Origin: Harriotta raleighana
Lineage: Eukaryota
Assembly (NCBI GenBank): GCA_050575255.1
Contig: JBNZDD010013730.1
Location: 5,454,608-5,518,607, forward strand
Reading direction: 5' to 3'
Length of the DNA stretch: 64,000 nucleotides
Below are positions 14,690 to 29,675 of this stretch, one piece after another. Positions within the stretch are counted from its first letter, which is position 1; each line of letters begins with the position of its first letter. The notes beneath the pieces were generated by a model, which was not told the DNA's origin, did not search any database, and saw only the letters and a list, made by a program, of their open reading frames with translations. The position numbers and the translations under genes were made by a program.

Positions 14690-14971
14690 TTACATCTTCA
14701 TTTATAAGTCACGAATGTTGCAAAGGTGTTTTGTTGTGGGTAGGTCTCTAAAAACATACTGTGTGGGTAAAAGAATTGAATAATATGGAAGATACAGGCC
14801 AAAAAAATTTTTTTAATGAAACACTTCAGGNTTACATCTTCATTTATAAGTCACGAATGTTGCAAAGGTGTTTTGTTGTGGATAGGTCTCTAAAAACATA
14901 CTGTGTGGGTAAAATAATTGAATAATATGGAAGATACAGGCAAATATTTTTTTTAAAATGAAACACTTCAG
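14690..14971. repeat. ~140-bp duplication around a single N (14831), probable assembly artefact
   Basis: 14690-14830 vs 14832-14971, a few differences. Confidence 0.85.
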
Positions 14972-17900
14972 AAGGAATAACTGGAAGAAGGACTGTAAAT
15001 AATATCATGGTGGATTTATCAAATGACAAAAAATGCAATATTGTCCTGCAAAATCAAGCACTGGAATAAAAAAATCATAGATATCTGCACAAATACATAT
15101 ACTGTACTATACTCTATAACCTTGTTTCAAAATGTCATGGTGACTTGAAGTTAGGAATACAGTGCAATAAAAGGGAGCTAAATAAAACAGATCTAATATT
15201 ATGCAAGGTAAAATACAAAAATATCTAATAGTGAAACATGCATCAAACCTTTCAATCACATTTACAGCAAATAAAATGCTTGCTGCTTCACCACCCTGGC
15301 CTATTTTTGAGCCCCTTTACATCCCTCAAAGTAACATAAAATTATCTGAGATCAGCCAATATTTCTTACAGTTAAACAATTTCTCCAGGCTGTATCAATC
15401 TGATTACAGTGGCAAATGAGATTTCGGTTGGATTTTATACAGCTTCTGGGACCATCAGGGCTCTCAGCTCTGAACAGTATCTAGAGATACAAAAAAGGGC
15501 ACATTGCCCCCACTTTGATTAGTATCTTACATTTACTGAAACAAATATATTTTGTATGAACCACATGTCTGGAAGAGGTGACAGAATAATGTACCAAAGA
15601 GCATCTTATTCTCATGGGAGTGTTTCCAAAGAAGAACTGTACTTCTCTCGAGAACAACAGCAAGATGTATGAGGTAATGGTTGGGCTTTAAAAAATAAAA
15701 TTAAACATTGATTGGACATTGGGATATATGACGTAGTGATCACATTAACATTGTGCAATTGGAATGGTTTACTGCACAATCTTGTGAGTACGCAAGCAAA
15801 AAACACACTTTGATCTCCAAAGTTTACTGCACCAATGTAACCAGCCTGTCCACAACATTGGAAGTGCAAAAATGCAAGCAAATTACTTCCTGGCAAATGC
15901 TCATCAGAAAACTGGAGATCATGAATGGAGGAGTTCATAGAGGGAGAGGCAACAATTCGTTCCAGGACTTTGAATAAGAAAGGGGAGGTTGAAGATGAGG
16001 TTGGTAAATGGAAAGCAGGAATGGGTCCAGGCAATGGTCCTCAAAAAGGTTGAAATAAGTGAGGAAAGGACGTTGGGAATCAAAAGATATCATCAGGCCT
16101 TTGACCAAATCTCATGATGTGCTTATTGTAGATCTAGAAGAAATTTGGACCAAAATGATTTAAATGGTGGCCATTTGTATTGTTAGACCATCAATTCTTG
16201 CAAATGCATTACAATCCAACTGATGTTTCTATAACTAAAATGGCAAGAAACACTCTTTCACATCATTTTGACTGTATTTGCCCAAACAGATCAAAATGCA
16301 GAATTGCACCATATGTTGTAGTTACCAGACTTTCCTCTGGTGTATTGATTTGATATGTATTTGATTTCTTTAAATTTAGGCTGTGAAGTTAACTGATAAA
16401 AATCAAGAAATACTCCTTCGTCCACAGTCTATTCACTTTGCAGACTAACTAATGGATTTGCTTTAGAATTTTAAAATAAAATGGTGTGCTCGACAGAGAC
16501 ACTTTGATGAAGAACAGAGGAGGAACTCCTTCCAACTAATCATTATACTATTTGCCCTTTTGGTTATAAAATGCATTGAAGTGGTTAGTTAATTTGGAAA
16601 CAGCCCCATTTGGACATACTTAAAGTGACCACGTAGCCACTTATTTAGATTGGATGACTGATATTTTGCCTACTAAATATAGGCTATTCTGGGTCCATCA
16701 TCCACCCCAAAAAAAATAGGAAAACTACTTTGATCAAAGTGAAAGTTTTCCTGCTTAAATGAGGAACATAAACGCTTAGATGGGCAGTGCGATGAGGTAG
16801 CAATTCTGGGAAAGTACCTCAAAGAGACCGGTGTTTGTTTGTTTTTTAAGTTCAAAGAAGTGCTGCTTTGTTTTATGTTGCTTTTATATTGGATCTCTGG
16901 CTTCATGATTGAGCTTTATTCATCCTTCACATTTTAAAATTCCTGAATTTTTGTTTCACTCATTGGGGGAATAAATGTACAGCGTCATTAGGTATAAGGT
17001 TTAGCAATCTCAACTCAGTTAATAGCAGGCATTTGCTCACACTACAAACAGCTCTAAATTCCGCTCCAATTCAGATTGTATTGTATCTAAAATGCAATAT
17101 TCTTTGAAGTGATCACAGCTTCTGGTTTGCAAGAATTGCAACTTGCCCAGCTAGTGAAGTATGAATCCGTAAATTGACATAGACCAGAAAAAGACCAGTG
17201 AGCAAAATGTTGACAGGAAATGGATTAAATGTTCATTAACCTAATGTTGTCTGTAGGACATGACTGACTCAGATTAGCTGCCGTGCTTGTCTATAAAACA
17301 GCCATTGCACTTTTATTTTTTTTAAAGCAATATTGCAACTGAAGTACATACAAGTTTATCATCTAGAAAACAAGCAAAATGCGAATGAGCAACATGGAGT
17401 ACTTGCCTACCAGTAATTCCACAATTATGGGATTATGGTCACTTGTTAAATTATATTACATATGTTGCAATATTTTAATGCTCTTCACCATATCAGGAAC
17501 TTTGTCTGATTTAAAAAAAAACTTTCTTCAATCCATTAATTTGCAAGGCAATTATACTGCCCCAGGTGAGCTGATTCAGCACTCAACGAAACCCTGCCAC
17601 TTTTGTGTCTGTATATGACAGAGTTTTACCTTTTACCTATTTGATCGTTGATGGAGCTATCACAGCACATTTCATCACTTAGCAAAGTGATAGAAAAAAC
17701 ATTTGGGTGCCTTTTCAATTCAAGGTTAATGAAAGGATGGGCAGAATTCTAGCATTTATTGAATCATCTTCACTCGACTATAAGGCAGCCTGTCTGGAAA
17801 TCTTAGTTGGATGTCAAAAGGTCAAATTCAATATGTAATTTTTTAAGAGGTTTTTAAGTGCAAATGCTTTTAGTTTTGATATTTTGATGACTGCTTTGCT

Positions 17901-20900
17901 TCGATGCTTACATTGTTCGAAATTGAACTGCTCTGTTTTTTTAAAAAAGCCTCGTTCATAAAATTGATTTAATTTGTATACCCTTCAATGTAAATGCTAT
18001 CATACAATAAGTCCAAACAACACCTGTGAAATGTTCACACATGCACACAGCATCAAACCAAATATTTTGTTGTATCTGTGAACATTGCCTTGCAAACGAC
18101 GAAAACACATGTTAATCCAAAAATGGCCCTAGAGCACATAATACGCATTATAAGAGCACTCTCCTGACACAAATGATCACATGCAAATACCAAGTTAATC
18201 CTACCGTACAATATCTACCAGAACAATCACAATAAAGGTCGACATTGATGGGGTTAAAGGATTACTTTCCGGGTGGGAAACAGCTCATCTGAGAAACAAA
18301 TGCATCAGGTAGTATTATGCATTCAATAGCTTGCATTTCCTCTTATTGTCTCCTGAAATCCTTCTGTCTTTTTCCTATGATTTAAATCCCCCCTGCCGCC
18401 CACACACACAATGTTTGAAAATCTTGCCTTAGTTTAATATTTTTCTTTCCCTTCAGTTTCCTGTCTGGGGAAGCATCAGCCACCCACGATTCATACTTAG
18501 TATTTGACTTTGTCCTAACATGCATTGTGTGAATGATGGCTGTGGTGATGTACATGGCAGAAGGGAAAAGAGAGAGACAGAGAAAACAATGCCAATGGAG
18601 CAATACTCAAGTGATACTTGATTCTACTGCGACTAGACTGAATGGGTTAGAAAGCAGTGACAAATGCTTATTAAAAGAAACTAAAAGATGTATTTATTTC
18701 TGGCCCCAACTCAGCTCTTGTATTCTAGGAGATCTTTCATTTGCTGCCTCCATTGTCTTCCTCTTTTTCTGACAGGCTTTCTAAAACTTTTTTTTAACAA
18801 AATATATTGGTTTATTGAGAGAATTGTAATCCCAAATCCACGCCTGTTGATTGAATTACTTTGTATTTTCTCTTTGAGGAAACAGTATGGTTTGTTTTTA
18901 AATTCAGGAGAGAGCACATGCTTTTTTTGTGTGCTGAAGGCATTTTGTTCTGGGATTTCTTAAATACACCTTAAATCTGGTTAATGGGGAATTTCATCAC
19001 CTTCATCAGTGTTCCTTCGTGAGAAGTGTATATTTTACTTTTAAGTCTGTCACCTGTGTGTTTTGTGGTGCTGTAGAGTCTCATGAGGGAAGTGTAGGTT
19101 GTGATTGGGCGTTTGTCTGTTGTCAATGTTCGCAAGATGAGGAAGTGTTGTGTGGCACATTGGATTTGAAGGTCTCGTGGGAGTTGTTAGTAAGTCTGTC
19201 AAGTGGGTATAATGAGTCTCAAGGTAACATTTTCCATATATGACATGCAGTCGTACCACAAAGAATAGCCTCAAAGAAAAGTTATACAACAAAGGGCAGA
19301 GACATGGATATGAAAAACATTTCAGTTATATTGCCCAAACACGGATGACGCCCACTTTATCTTCCAATAAATGTCTCAAATTTATAGTGCACTATAGGGA
19401 CTGTCATTTAACAAAAATGTAGATGAATAAAGGGTGACAGACAAACATGTTACAATTATACTAGTCCATGGAGAGGCTTGTCTCTTACTGCTCATTTCTT
19501 CCTGGCATCATGTTGTTATGAACAAGGTTTGGTTCAGGCTTTCAACTAGCCACTTTCCTGTGTTAAATCTCTGGATTAATGGATCAAGTTCTGTCCTTCT
19601 ACTGTCTCCATAGCTGAAACTTATGCATTGGGTCAAAGAAAGATGCATTTATATTTCATCAAATCCCATTGCTGCTGTACCTGCATATACCTGCAAACCT
19701 GACACATTCTACTGCTAAATTAAATTTCCCATGCCACTGATTTAGAATTGACTTTTACTTGTAGTAAATCATCTCTCGACAGCCTGAGCATTGCCCATAC
19801 AACCCACAGTGCTGATGGAAATAAATGTATGCAGAGCTAACAAAGGAGCTCTGGCACATGCATTTTGTTACTTGCACAGTACATGGTCCACAGTGTAAAT
19901 TAATTCACTCAGTAAGGTCAATTTGTTCACCATTTCTGGCCTAATACCGACAATCACATTAAGCCAGGATGCTGACCAGATTTTTCAAGCAGTTTTAATG
20001 TTCACAAAATGCCTCAATCACACCAGCAGCATTCCCCAGGCACCTAACCAACCAAAGAACAGTCACAAAGACTTCAGCTGGAGTGAGGAATAAGTAGCAA
20101 GTACAAAAATGTCCAACAAAGTTCCGTTCCTCAGTAAACACAGTAAATAAACATGAGTCATCAATAAACCATCACAAACTACATTGCTGTGATGTGCAAT
20201 TCCTTACAGTGTGCAATGATACTTTAACTGTACATTTACAGAGAAATAAGTATCTGGCAAAGCAAATATATATTTCCTTTTGTAATGCCATGAATTTCAG
20301 ATTTAAGAATAGATGAAAAACAAAAGTCATTTAGCCAACAAAAAAAACCATGTCTTTCAACAGTCAATTTACAGTTTGACCCATTATAGACTTTCCTCAA
20401 TTTATTGGCAGTTAGATAGCCACAGTCAAATTTCCAATGAGATAAAAATCAGAAATTGCCTGAGCTTTGAAGAAATCAAATTAAACCTCCAGGAGATCAG
20501 TTTAACATTAGTCAAACGGGAACAACAACAACAACAATCACTTATATTCCACAGTTAACATTTCCTTTGGTTGAGCAGAACTAGAAGTATCTGGGAGTAT
20601 TTATTTATCTTGGATTCCATCATGAGTGAATTATCTAATTCATATTTAGATTACCATTGTATTTAATTGATTTTGATATATTTTTAACTGATTTGATTTA
20701 AGTCGATTCCTGCAGGTGTGAGAGAAACAATTTCATTCCATTTATAGTCTTAGTGTAGTGCACAATTTGTATAATTTATCCTCTGGTTTTGTGATTCAAC
20801 AATCAGATAGGCAGTTAAATTATCTTAAATTGTACCCTTCAATATCTCAAAGACTTGTATTAACTTTTTCCGAGTGAAAAACAAGTTTTGTTCTCCACGA

Positions 20901-23900
20901 GCCATTTTCTCATAACATTATTCTCATAATGATCCCTATATTCCCTATAAACTACAAATTCTTTTTTTGTGGTTATAATTCCTAAAATAGTCCATGAGGT
21001 TTCAGCTGTGGCCTTATCAACAAATGTCAAAATGAGCAGTTTCAATTTATAATGAAATTCTTTTAAAATGCATAAAGAGAATTTCTCCCAGTCTCCTAGC
21101 CAACAATTTTCCAGATAAAATTGATCAATCACTTCATGGTTTCTGTGAACACATTGGCTGCCATGCTCACTTACAAGTATACAGTCACTACACTTTACAG
21201 TGAAATTCCCTAAAGTGCTTTAAGGCATGTGGTAAGGTGGAATATTAAATGCTAGAATTATTGTTATGAACATTTTATTGGATTGGGTTTGAAAAAAGTC
21301 CCAACTCTTTTTAAGCTACACACCAACCTTCCACTTGACCTCTTACGAAGTTATGAAGACAGTTACTCAGAGATGAGTGGAAAGGTAGTAAAGGTATGAC
21401 ACTCTTCACAATTATTGGTTTATCTGATTAGCTCCTGACCAAAGCGCTAAATGAAATGGAGAACTCAGCATAAAAGACTGGTTTGGTGCCCTAGTGCACA
21501 GTCATCCTGCTTCATCTCTTGAATACCATTGTTTATAAAAGCCCATAATTAACTGGGTAATGCCTGAGCATAGTTCATCGTCATCCCAGAATCTCTACCA
21601 TGTATTAAACCATTCATAACATCTGCATTTGTTCTGCAGGAAATGTAAACAATAAAATAAAAAGGTTTAGTCCATCGAGGTAGAGAAATTTGTTTGTTTT
21701 CCTTGGAATACCATTTAATCTGTACGTCCTCTACAGATTGCCACAGAATGCACTGTGGTAAATGACATTACTTCCAAAGGTCATGCATTCCTATCTAAAA
21801 ATCACATTATAAAGAAAACACAAATAAAAGCTTGATGGAAAATATGAGAACTTTTTTTTAATTGAAGGTTTGCAAGAAAATGGTTTAATTACATTAAATC
21901 ACGGAGAACATTGTAAACAAAGATACCTGCACCTCTCCACATCGATCCCAGATGGTAAGTGGGATGCAAGGAATGGGCATGCCATTATATATGCTTCTGA
22001 GTTTTGAAACCACGTTTTCTCAAAGTAACATAAAACAGAAGACAGGTAATGAGGAGCATTTTGCTGGACATTTTAGTAAAAAAAAATCAAAGTGTAGATG
22101 GTCTCCTCAATCACTGGCCCAAAATAACTACTGCAACAAGTTGCATTTATATAGCTCCTTTCATGATGGGAGGATATCCCAAGGCACTGGACAGAAGAGG
22201 GTTTGTACCTGAGCTGGATTTCTCTCCATCCACCCCCATCACTCTCTGGATGAAATACATTATATTTTCTGTCACACTCCTGCCACATTGGCAAGATTTC
22301 TGCTTATGAATAAGTCAGAGGAACATTATGTAGGAATGGACAATTCAGGGAACAAAGCTGAACAGAAGTGCATGGGAAAATGAGCCAAAAGGGATAAGTA
22401 GGCATCAAAGGGGGCTCAGACGCAGATGCCCACAGTGGAGAGAAAATAAATGCATCTGTAATACAAAGGCTTTTATTTTTAGAACATGGGATATGAGTGC
22501 ATTCATTCAGAATTAGTCCACAGTCAGGCAGTTCATGTTTCAACAATCATAGGATATCCTCCAATATAATGTCCTCTCTCCATGTGCACACAAACATATC
22601 CAAGAAAATAAAAAATAAATTTGGTGGGGGAAAAATGCACATTACATTACCTATCCAGCTGCTCATGGGAAAGCAGAATAACTATGTACCATTAGGGATC
22701 TATGTCTTCTTTGATCTTGTTTGTATATTTCAAAATGAATCAAATTTGGTGATAAAAAGCATTTCAGATTCAATCTCTGTGAAAAATGTTACGTAGAGTA
22801 TTTTGTTGTGCATTCCAACATTGACTGCTTTAACTAAGTGATTTTCTTCCCTACAGTTGAAAATGCAGCTTAGAAATCTTGAGAAAAATACATATTGTCT
22901 TAGAGAATGTGAGAGATAAAGAGCAATATAAACAGCATTTGATCAACTCAGATGAATAGTAATAGCATTACAATTATTTTATGCATGACATAAGGACATT
23001 AAGCCAAGCTCATGACAGACAGAAAACCATCAAAATGAAAGCAGGCTACAGATGTGAATGTAACTGGAATTGCATGTGAAGAGATATCATTGTGGGAAAC
23101 GGCAGAAAGGAAAGCGACTGCCAGAATGCATTTGTGCAGAAAACAAGACTTTGGTGATGAACTCCAGCAACCAATAATTGGCAAACACTTGGGAAAATCA
23201 GGGCAGGAAACACGAGTAGCATCACAAATTCCTGAGAGATACAGGAGTGTAATGTGGCATCCCTCTGAGAAATTATAGTCACCCCTGGGAGTAAAGAAAG
23301 CGTGATGAATTCCAACAATAAGAGTGTTTGTGAAAACCCAACAAAGAAATAGTCCAAACAGTTACAATATAAGGAAACTGCTGCAGTAAAACGTGCCCCC
23401 AAACTGACAGAGTACATGTAAAGAAATGGTTTGATAAAGGAAACCAATGCAGTCACTACTGGTGGGGTGGGTGGGGGAGGTTGCTGAAAGACAGTCAATT
23501 CAGTCAGAGATTATTATAGTTAATTCCTTGTGTCCATTTAAACAAAGGAAAAGTCCATTATATTGAGCAAAGTTAGCAAGTAAGTTATTAGGAGAGTGGG
23601 GGAGCACACATTTTGAAACTCCCCCACTAAGCAGACAATTGTCAATCTCAACTCACTAGGTTGGCAAATCAGTCAATTTAAGTGAATACTTTCAAAAGGC
23701 AATATAATTCCAATAAGTCGTAGGGCATCTCCAAAAAAAAAAAAAACTGACTGAATTGGTCAATTCCAGTGAGAGGAGTAATATAGCAATCGCCATAAGA
23801 AGAAAGCATTGTAGAGAATAGTTGAGAAAGACTGCTCAGATAACATGAAACACTGGAAGAAAGAGTGCGGGCAAACCAATAAAGAAATATTGCCGCACTT

Positions 23901-25024
23901 TCAAAGAAGAAGGGAGAGCCATCGAGCATATTCCTGCTCAACAAGAATCAAGTGAGATTTCCTGCTAGATATGATATAGCACCAGGAGTCAAAGTGAAAT
24001 GAGAAGGGGAGTACACATCTGCAACAAATTGTTTGTAGTTGCACTGTCATGATTTACATCAAGAATTGATCCTACACCATCGCCAGGTCATTCAAAACAG
24101 GGAGGGAGGTAAACATGAACTTGGAACTATAGTTAACACAATAATCTTCAAATTATGAGAATTTTGTAAAATGATACATTTCCTTATCAGAATCTAAAGG
24201 TTTGCAATACATAATTTTGTACCTTCAGTAATCCAGAGCCAGGCTGGATTATATTATTTGATCTGTATAAGCATAGTTTATCTTAATTACAATCTATCCA
24301 ATATCACATCCAAAGTGTTAGTAGGATCGAGTAACACATATAAGATCCAACCTGAAGTTGGGATCCAATGGTTTTAATCAAATTCAGGAATATACTTAAC
24401 TTTGCACACTATCATGTTTCCAATAAATGAGGATGTGTATTTAATAATTATTCTGTCAAAACAATATGATTGAGGAGTAATAGAGACAATGCAATTGTTC
24501 TCCTCCAATTTGTTTCACTTTACTGAAGACACTCAACTCATTATTTAATCCTACAGGACAGTAGACATTATTCACATATAAACTTATGGGGAGCGCCCGT
24601 TGGCAAGGTATGTGACCTCAGGAAGAATTCCAGGCAGACTTGTCCATGCACTCACCCAACATTCATCTTCCAACAAAGGTTTTAAGATTTTAAGATAAAT
24701 TGGTGTGATAGGCTACGACTAAGAAATAATGATCAGGAGCTGGCTGATTTCTGTACATCAAGATCCTTATCAGGAAGTGGATTCACTGGCAAGGTAGGAG
24801 AGCGATTGGACATCAATCATCTTAGGGACAAATGGTACGTTATGGCAAATGCACTGCCAGAATTGTTACATTTAATGAAATCAAGGGAGGAAGCATTGTA
24901 ATGTTTTTGAATCCAGTTGTGCTTCTTCCATCAAGTCCATCATGTTTACAGGGTATTCAAATAGATTTAGATTTTTTTTTCAGCAGGCTAGAAGTTGAAA
25001 GCAGTATTAAACCAACCAAGAAGT

Positions 25025-25322
25025 CTTGTAGCTCACTGGTTAGAGTAGTTTCCTCGCATGCGAGAGACCTCGGTTTGATTCCCGGCAAGGGCAAAACCGT
25101 GGGCAAATTTCCTTACTCCATACACTTGATAATAATCCCGCAAGAAAAAAATGACAAGAATAATTTGGTCACTCAATCAACAAATGTTTATAGGACATTC
25201 CTCCGCAATTGGCTGTCTTGTGTCACATATTGTAAATGTACAGTTAATTCACTCTGCAGTACGTTCTGTGAAGCATCCAGAAGACGTGAAAAGCGCTGTA
25301 TCAAGTACAAGGATTATTTTTT
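25025..25322 (+). mobile_element. Full-length tRNA-derived SINE with L2-like tail
   Basis: A box tagctcactgg, B box ggtttgattcc. Body and tail (gacgtgaaaagcgctgtatcaagtacaaggattatt) shared with the 32231 and 46420 copies. Confidence 0.85.
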
Positions 25323-26689
25323 GTAAAATGACCGCTTGAGTCTTTCTACATATCAAAAATGGAACTGGATTGCCACATGATGAGGCCATTGATAGGCTTC
25401 ATCAATCCAAACGAAAATAACTTTCCTGGGCATCATAAACATTATTTTATTGCAAGAGACCATGTTGATATTCTCACTAAATTCCTTATGACTGTGGTTT
25501 AGGGAGTTTACCCTCAGCATAATAAGCTCCATAATCAGGATCATTTCCTGCTCTGTACGCCACATCTTCTTGAAATTCTTTGGTAAAGATCACATTTTAT
25601 GTCATTTTAATTTATAGGGCCTCACTTGTAGCAATTTAAGACGCTTGAACCAATTACTGGGACTATGCTTTTGCTGGAGGGCTTAACTTATCACCAATGA
25701 ATTAACCATGGAAGAACAAAAAAAAGCAGAAAACAGTGTTGTGACAGTTCAGAGGTAACATGATAATTACATGTAGTTACCATTACAATAGCTTTAGCAC
25801 CAAAACCAAGGCAATTCCAGCCTACAAAATTAGTGCTGTAATTACTGTAGGAAGACATTCATCTATTTTAATCATGAGAGCACTTCTCTCCTGTATAATA
25901 TCATGTCTCAGTTGAGGTTTACATTTAAATATTGTAACAATTTTAAGATTAATTCTGAACAGCATGTCCAAGGCCCGAGGCCAAGATTTCTCTTAGTCTT
26001 GGCTTGCAAGACTATTTTGCCTTAAAGATCACACAGAATTGTGGACAACTCTTTAATCATTATTTGGAAGCCTTCTATGTTTTTTTAAAAAAAACTACCT
26101 TCCAAATTAAGTCTGATTTTAAGAATGATCCCCAATTCTGTGCAAGTTTGGATTGTAAGACAAAATGCTATTATAGGCCGACACAGAGACATTTTGGGAC
26201 CCAGATAATTTTGGTGTTGACAAGATTAGGTTTGTAGCTTCGTTAAATTGGCAGGATGCTCAATTGGGTTAGATATCTTCAACAATCTGTGACCTGAGTT
26301 CCGTACATCATTACTAAGCATTGAATGAATCCCACTGAAGCAATAAGGAAATACCCCCCAGCAAGAAGCAAAATGCTCATGGCAAATACTGACAGACACT
26401 CTGATAAAAGATCTGGCGCATTGCTGATAATCTATAGGAACTAAATCCAGGGCATTTCAGTACTAAAAAAGAGAGCACTGCTGGAAGTCTGTGAGAATGG
26501 AGTTCAAGAACATAATAGCACTAATGGTAAATCTCTGTGAAAAATGAGATTATTACAGAGAATTACATCAAGAAACATTTGCACTGCTCTGAACCCCATA
26601 GAAAAAGCAGCACAATAGTAAATCCCAATTGTAAAATAGATAATAGCAAATCTGTAAGAAACCTCTCTGATGACTAAATGGGCAAATCA

Positions 26690-26890
26690 TCAGCTAACGT
26701 GATACAAAGCCATAAAGATGAGCAAGGTTCCAGGTGTGATCCCTGATGTCTAGAGAGTTACCTGATGTGAAGTATAGCAGGAAGGAGAAAATAAATCACA
26801 CAGGGTTTCAGTTCCACATACCCATATTCAGTGACCCTTATTGCAAGTTCATCTGTTGATATGGATCAAAAATGAGATTGTTTGGCAATT
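26690..26890 (+). mobile_element. Old SINE-like repeat family, diverged copy
   Basis: B-box-like ccaggtgtgatccctg and shared core aaaataaatca..cagggttt...cagtgaccc. Confidence 0.45.
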
Positions 26891-27014
26891 CAGCTGCCTC
26901 ATTAAAATAATTAAAAATATTTAATTAATTTGAAATTTAAACATTCTACTTGTATTAACTATGAAGCTTAGACAAGACACCCATCACATATCTGTGCCTT
27001 GTAGATCTACAAAT

Positions 27015-27165
27015 AATGTACAGAAACAGGCCATTCAGCCCAACTAGTCCATGTTTATACCGAACACAAGACTTCACCCATTCCTTACTCCCTCCCATAC
27101 TCTTCTATTCCTTTCTTCCTCATGTGAAGTACTAGCTTCCTCTTGAATGCAACTGTACTATCTTG
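27015..27165 (-). mobile_element. CR1-type LINE 3' end remnant
   Basis: acagaaacaggccattcagccca is the reverse complement of the CR1-type tail tgggc.gaatggcct. Confidence 0.55.
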
Positions 27166-29507
27166 AATCTGTGCAAAAGCAGAAGTTGTTGATGTTAGAA
27201 AAGGTGGGGATAAAGCTGCAGGCAGAGTGAATAAGAAACAACAATGCTGTGATAGGAAATTCAAACACTCGGGGAAATATTAAAGGAATGACTATATTGC
27301 AACAAAATTTGCATCAGAATGTTGCAGGGAATTTCATCTAAAATTAAGCACCAAAGGGCAAAAGCCAGCAAAGAGACTTGATTCCTCTGCAGCGAATCCT
27401 CATAAGCAAGGAGAGAATGACAATGTATTGCTCAGATTGGCTGCAGCAAATCCTTTGATGAAATGAGTGCTGCAGTGAATCTTTACAAAAACAACAACAG
27501 AAAAACATGTGAGAAGGAAGGGAGTGCTTCAGTGAAGCTCTGCTAGAAGCAAGAATGAATCCCTGTGGGAAATGCAAGTGTGGTTGCAAATCCCTACAGT
27601 AAATTAAGCTGCTGGGATGAACCAGAGAATTGAGAGTGTTGTATTTAATCCCCTTTGAAAAGCAAATATCATTGTAATTTCCTGGAAGAAATCACTGCTG
27701 CATTAACATTGTGAAAATGTGTTAAGAAAATAAAGAACAAATTAGGCCAAGAAATACAAGTGTTGAAATACGCAATGAGAAACACCAGACTGCAATGGCC
27801 ATAAAAATACAGCTTCATAAGTTAATGTCCCTTCAATGCCTTAATGAGTAAATGCATATAGTTCAGCACTAATATATATTGAATAATTATCTAAATTTAA
27901 GCAAAACAAATCTTCAAACCCTGAGTGCTTTCGCCAGTGTGCTGCCCAAATACTTCAAAGGTTTCTTACCTACGATTCCTGGTGGAGCAAGAGCTCTGAA
28001 GCTGAGTGAATGCTCTTTCACACTTAGGGAACATTGAACAGAGAGTGATTGCTTCATAGCTGCAACAAGGATGTCTCTAATTAGAAAATGGCATTCAGAA
28101 ACGTGTGGATGTTCAGTTCCTTACTGTTTGTAAACCATAGAATTAAATAAATGAGTGAGCAGAATCACTCATAATCAGAGACATACTTGTTGCCATAGTC
28201 AACAAATGCTGTCGAGCAAATCATTTACTTTTTCCCCCTCCCCAAAACCCCACACTTATTCAAAGAAGCCAATTGAGCTTGTTAAGGCCTTGTTGAAGGC
28301 TGGCAAATCGGTGCAGCTGGCAAGACTAATCGAACACTCGGTTATTTGCTCCAGCTCTGACCCTGGGTTCAAAAGCCTGCAGCAAATAGCAACCTAATGG
28401 CAAGTAAGCAGAGCAAGTAATTGTGCCTGTTACTGGTATCTCTATCTGTTTTCTGTAAGTCTTTTTTTTTCTGATTTCAGTGCTGAAAGGCTTTGCCACT
28501 TTAGTTAGTGCTACCACATATTTATCAAAGCCTTCCCAAGTGAATCGAGAAACAAATGTATTTGAAAAGGTTCAGACAATTAGGAAAATAACAATCATAC
28601 TGTATATAAAAATCTCTGGCTATTTTTCAATGAGATGATCTTAATGAGAACATATATCCATAACCATTCATTTCATGCTAACCAACGTGTATCAGGAACT
28701 TAATTGTTACCGAATGAGAGCTGTTTATCATTTGGTTTCGCATTGTCTGCACTTCTTATTTAAGATGGAATGGATTCCAAACAGCGAGATTGGGTATGAC
28801 GAAACAGGAAGGAGTTTAGATGTACAGAATGAGCTACCTGGAAATGACTGCAGAGCAGTATCTCAGAAGACAATTCACTTGGGGAGGCTGTCACAGAGCT
28901 GGGCTACGTCCTGTATAGTAAATAACACTTGTATTTAATATAGTGCCTTATTATATCAAAATATCTCAAAATGCTTATCAAAAAGAATTGCAGTGAGTGA
29001 TGCAATTTGGTAAGAAAATGCAGAAATGTTCCACCCATACACAACAAAAATAAGATAAATAACCAGTTTTTTGGGGTGGTTGGGGGGTGGATTTTGGAGA
29101 GCAAGGATGAGGAATAAATCAGAAATGGGTAGAGAGTTAATGAGGACTGAAGAGTGACTGACAGTACAATACAAAATACAATACAAAATTGCATTTGTAT
29201 CGCGCCATTCACATCGAGTGGAGTACACACATTTGCTCAAGTTAAGCCTCCAGGCACATGGGAACGTTGGAATCATTCCCTTGTGGTCGTGAGGATTATC
29301 ACTGCTATAAATTTCCATGCCACGGGAAGTTTCCAACTCCATCCCTATCCTATGCCAATTGTGTGACACAATGCTGCTTCACTGATGTTACAGAAACTCA
29401 AGATGGAGCTTCATTGACAGGAGCTTTGTGAGCAGTAAATTGCGCTGTGGGATTTCAGTGCACAGAGATGAGTGACTGAACCCATGTTGCCATTGTGGCA
29501 CATATGA

Positions 29508-29675
29508 AAAATCCTACAGTATTTTGTGGGACAAAGCTGTGCGTATTTGCCGTGTTTCCCCCATTAAATACATAGTAAATTTACTTTACAGTATATTCTG
29601 TGAAGCATTGTGAGACGTCTCAAAGCTGTGATAAAGAGCTATATCAAATGCACGGATTAATATTATTATTATTAT
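29508..29675 (+). mobile_element. tRNA-SINE 3' half with (ATT)n tail
   Basis: Matches the body and tail of the 46420-46705 copy. Confidence 0.75.

Noticed and set aside
24832-25326. 164-aa ORF, the longest outside ADGRL2
   Set aside because: Most of it reads through a SINE, with no protein features.
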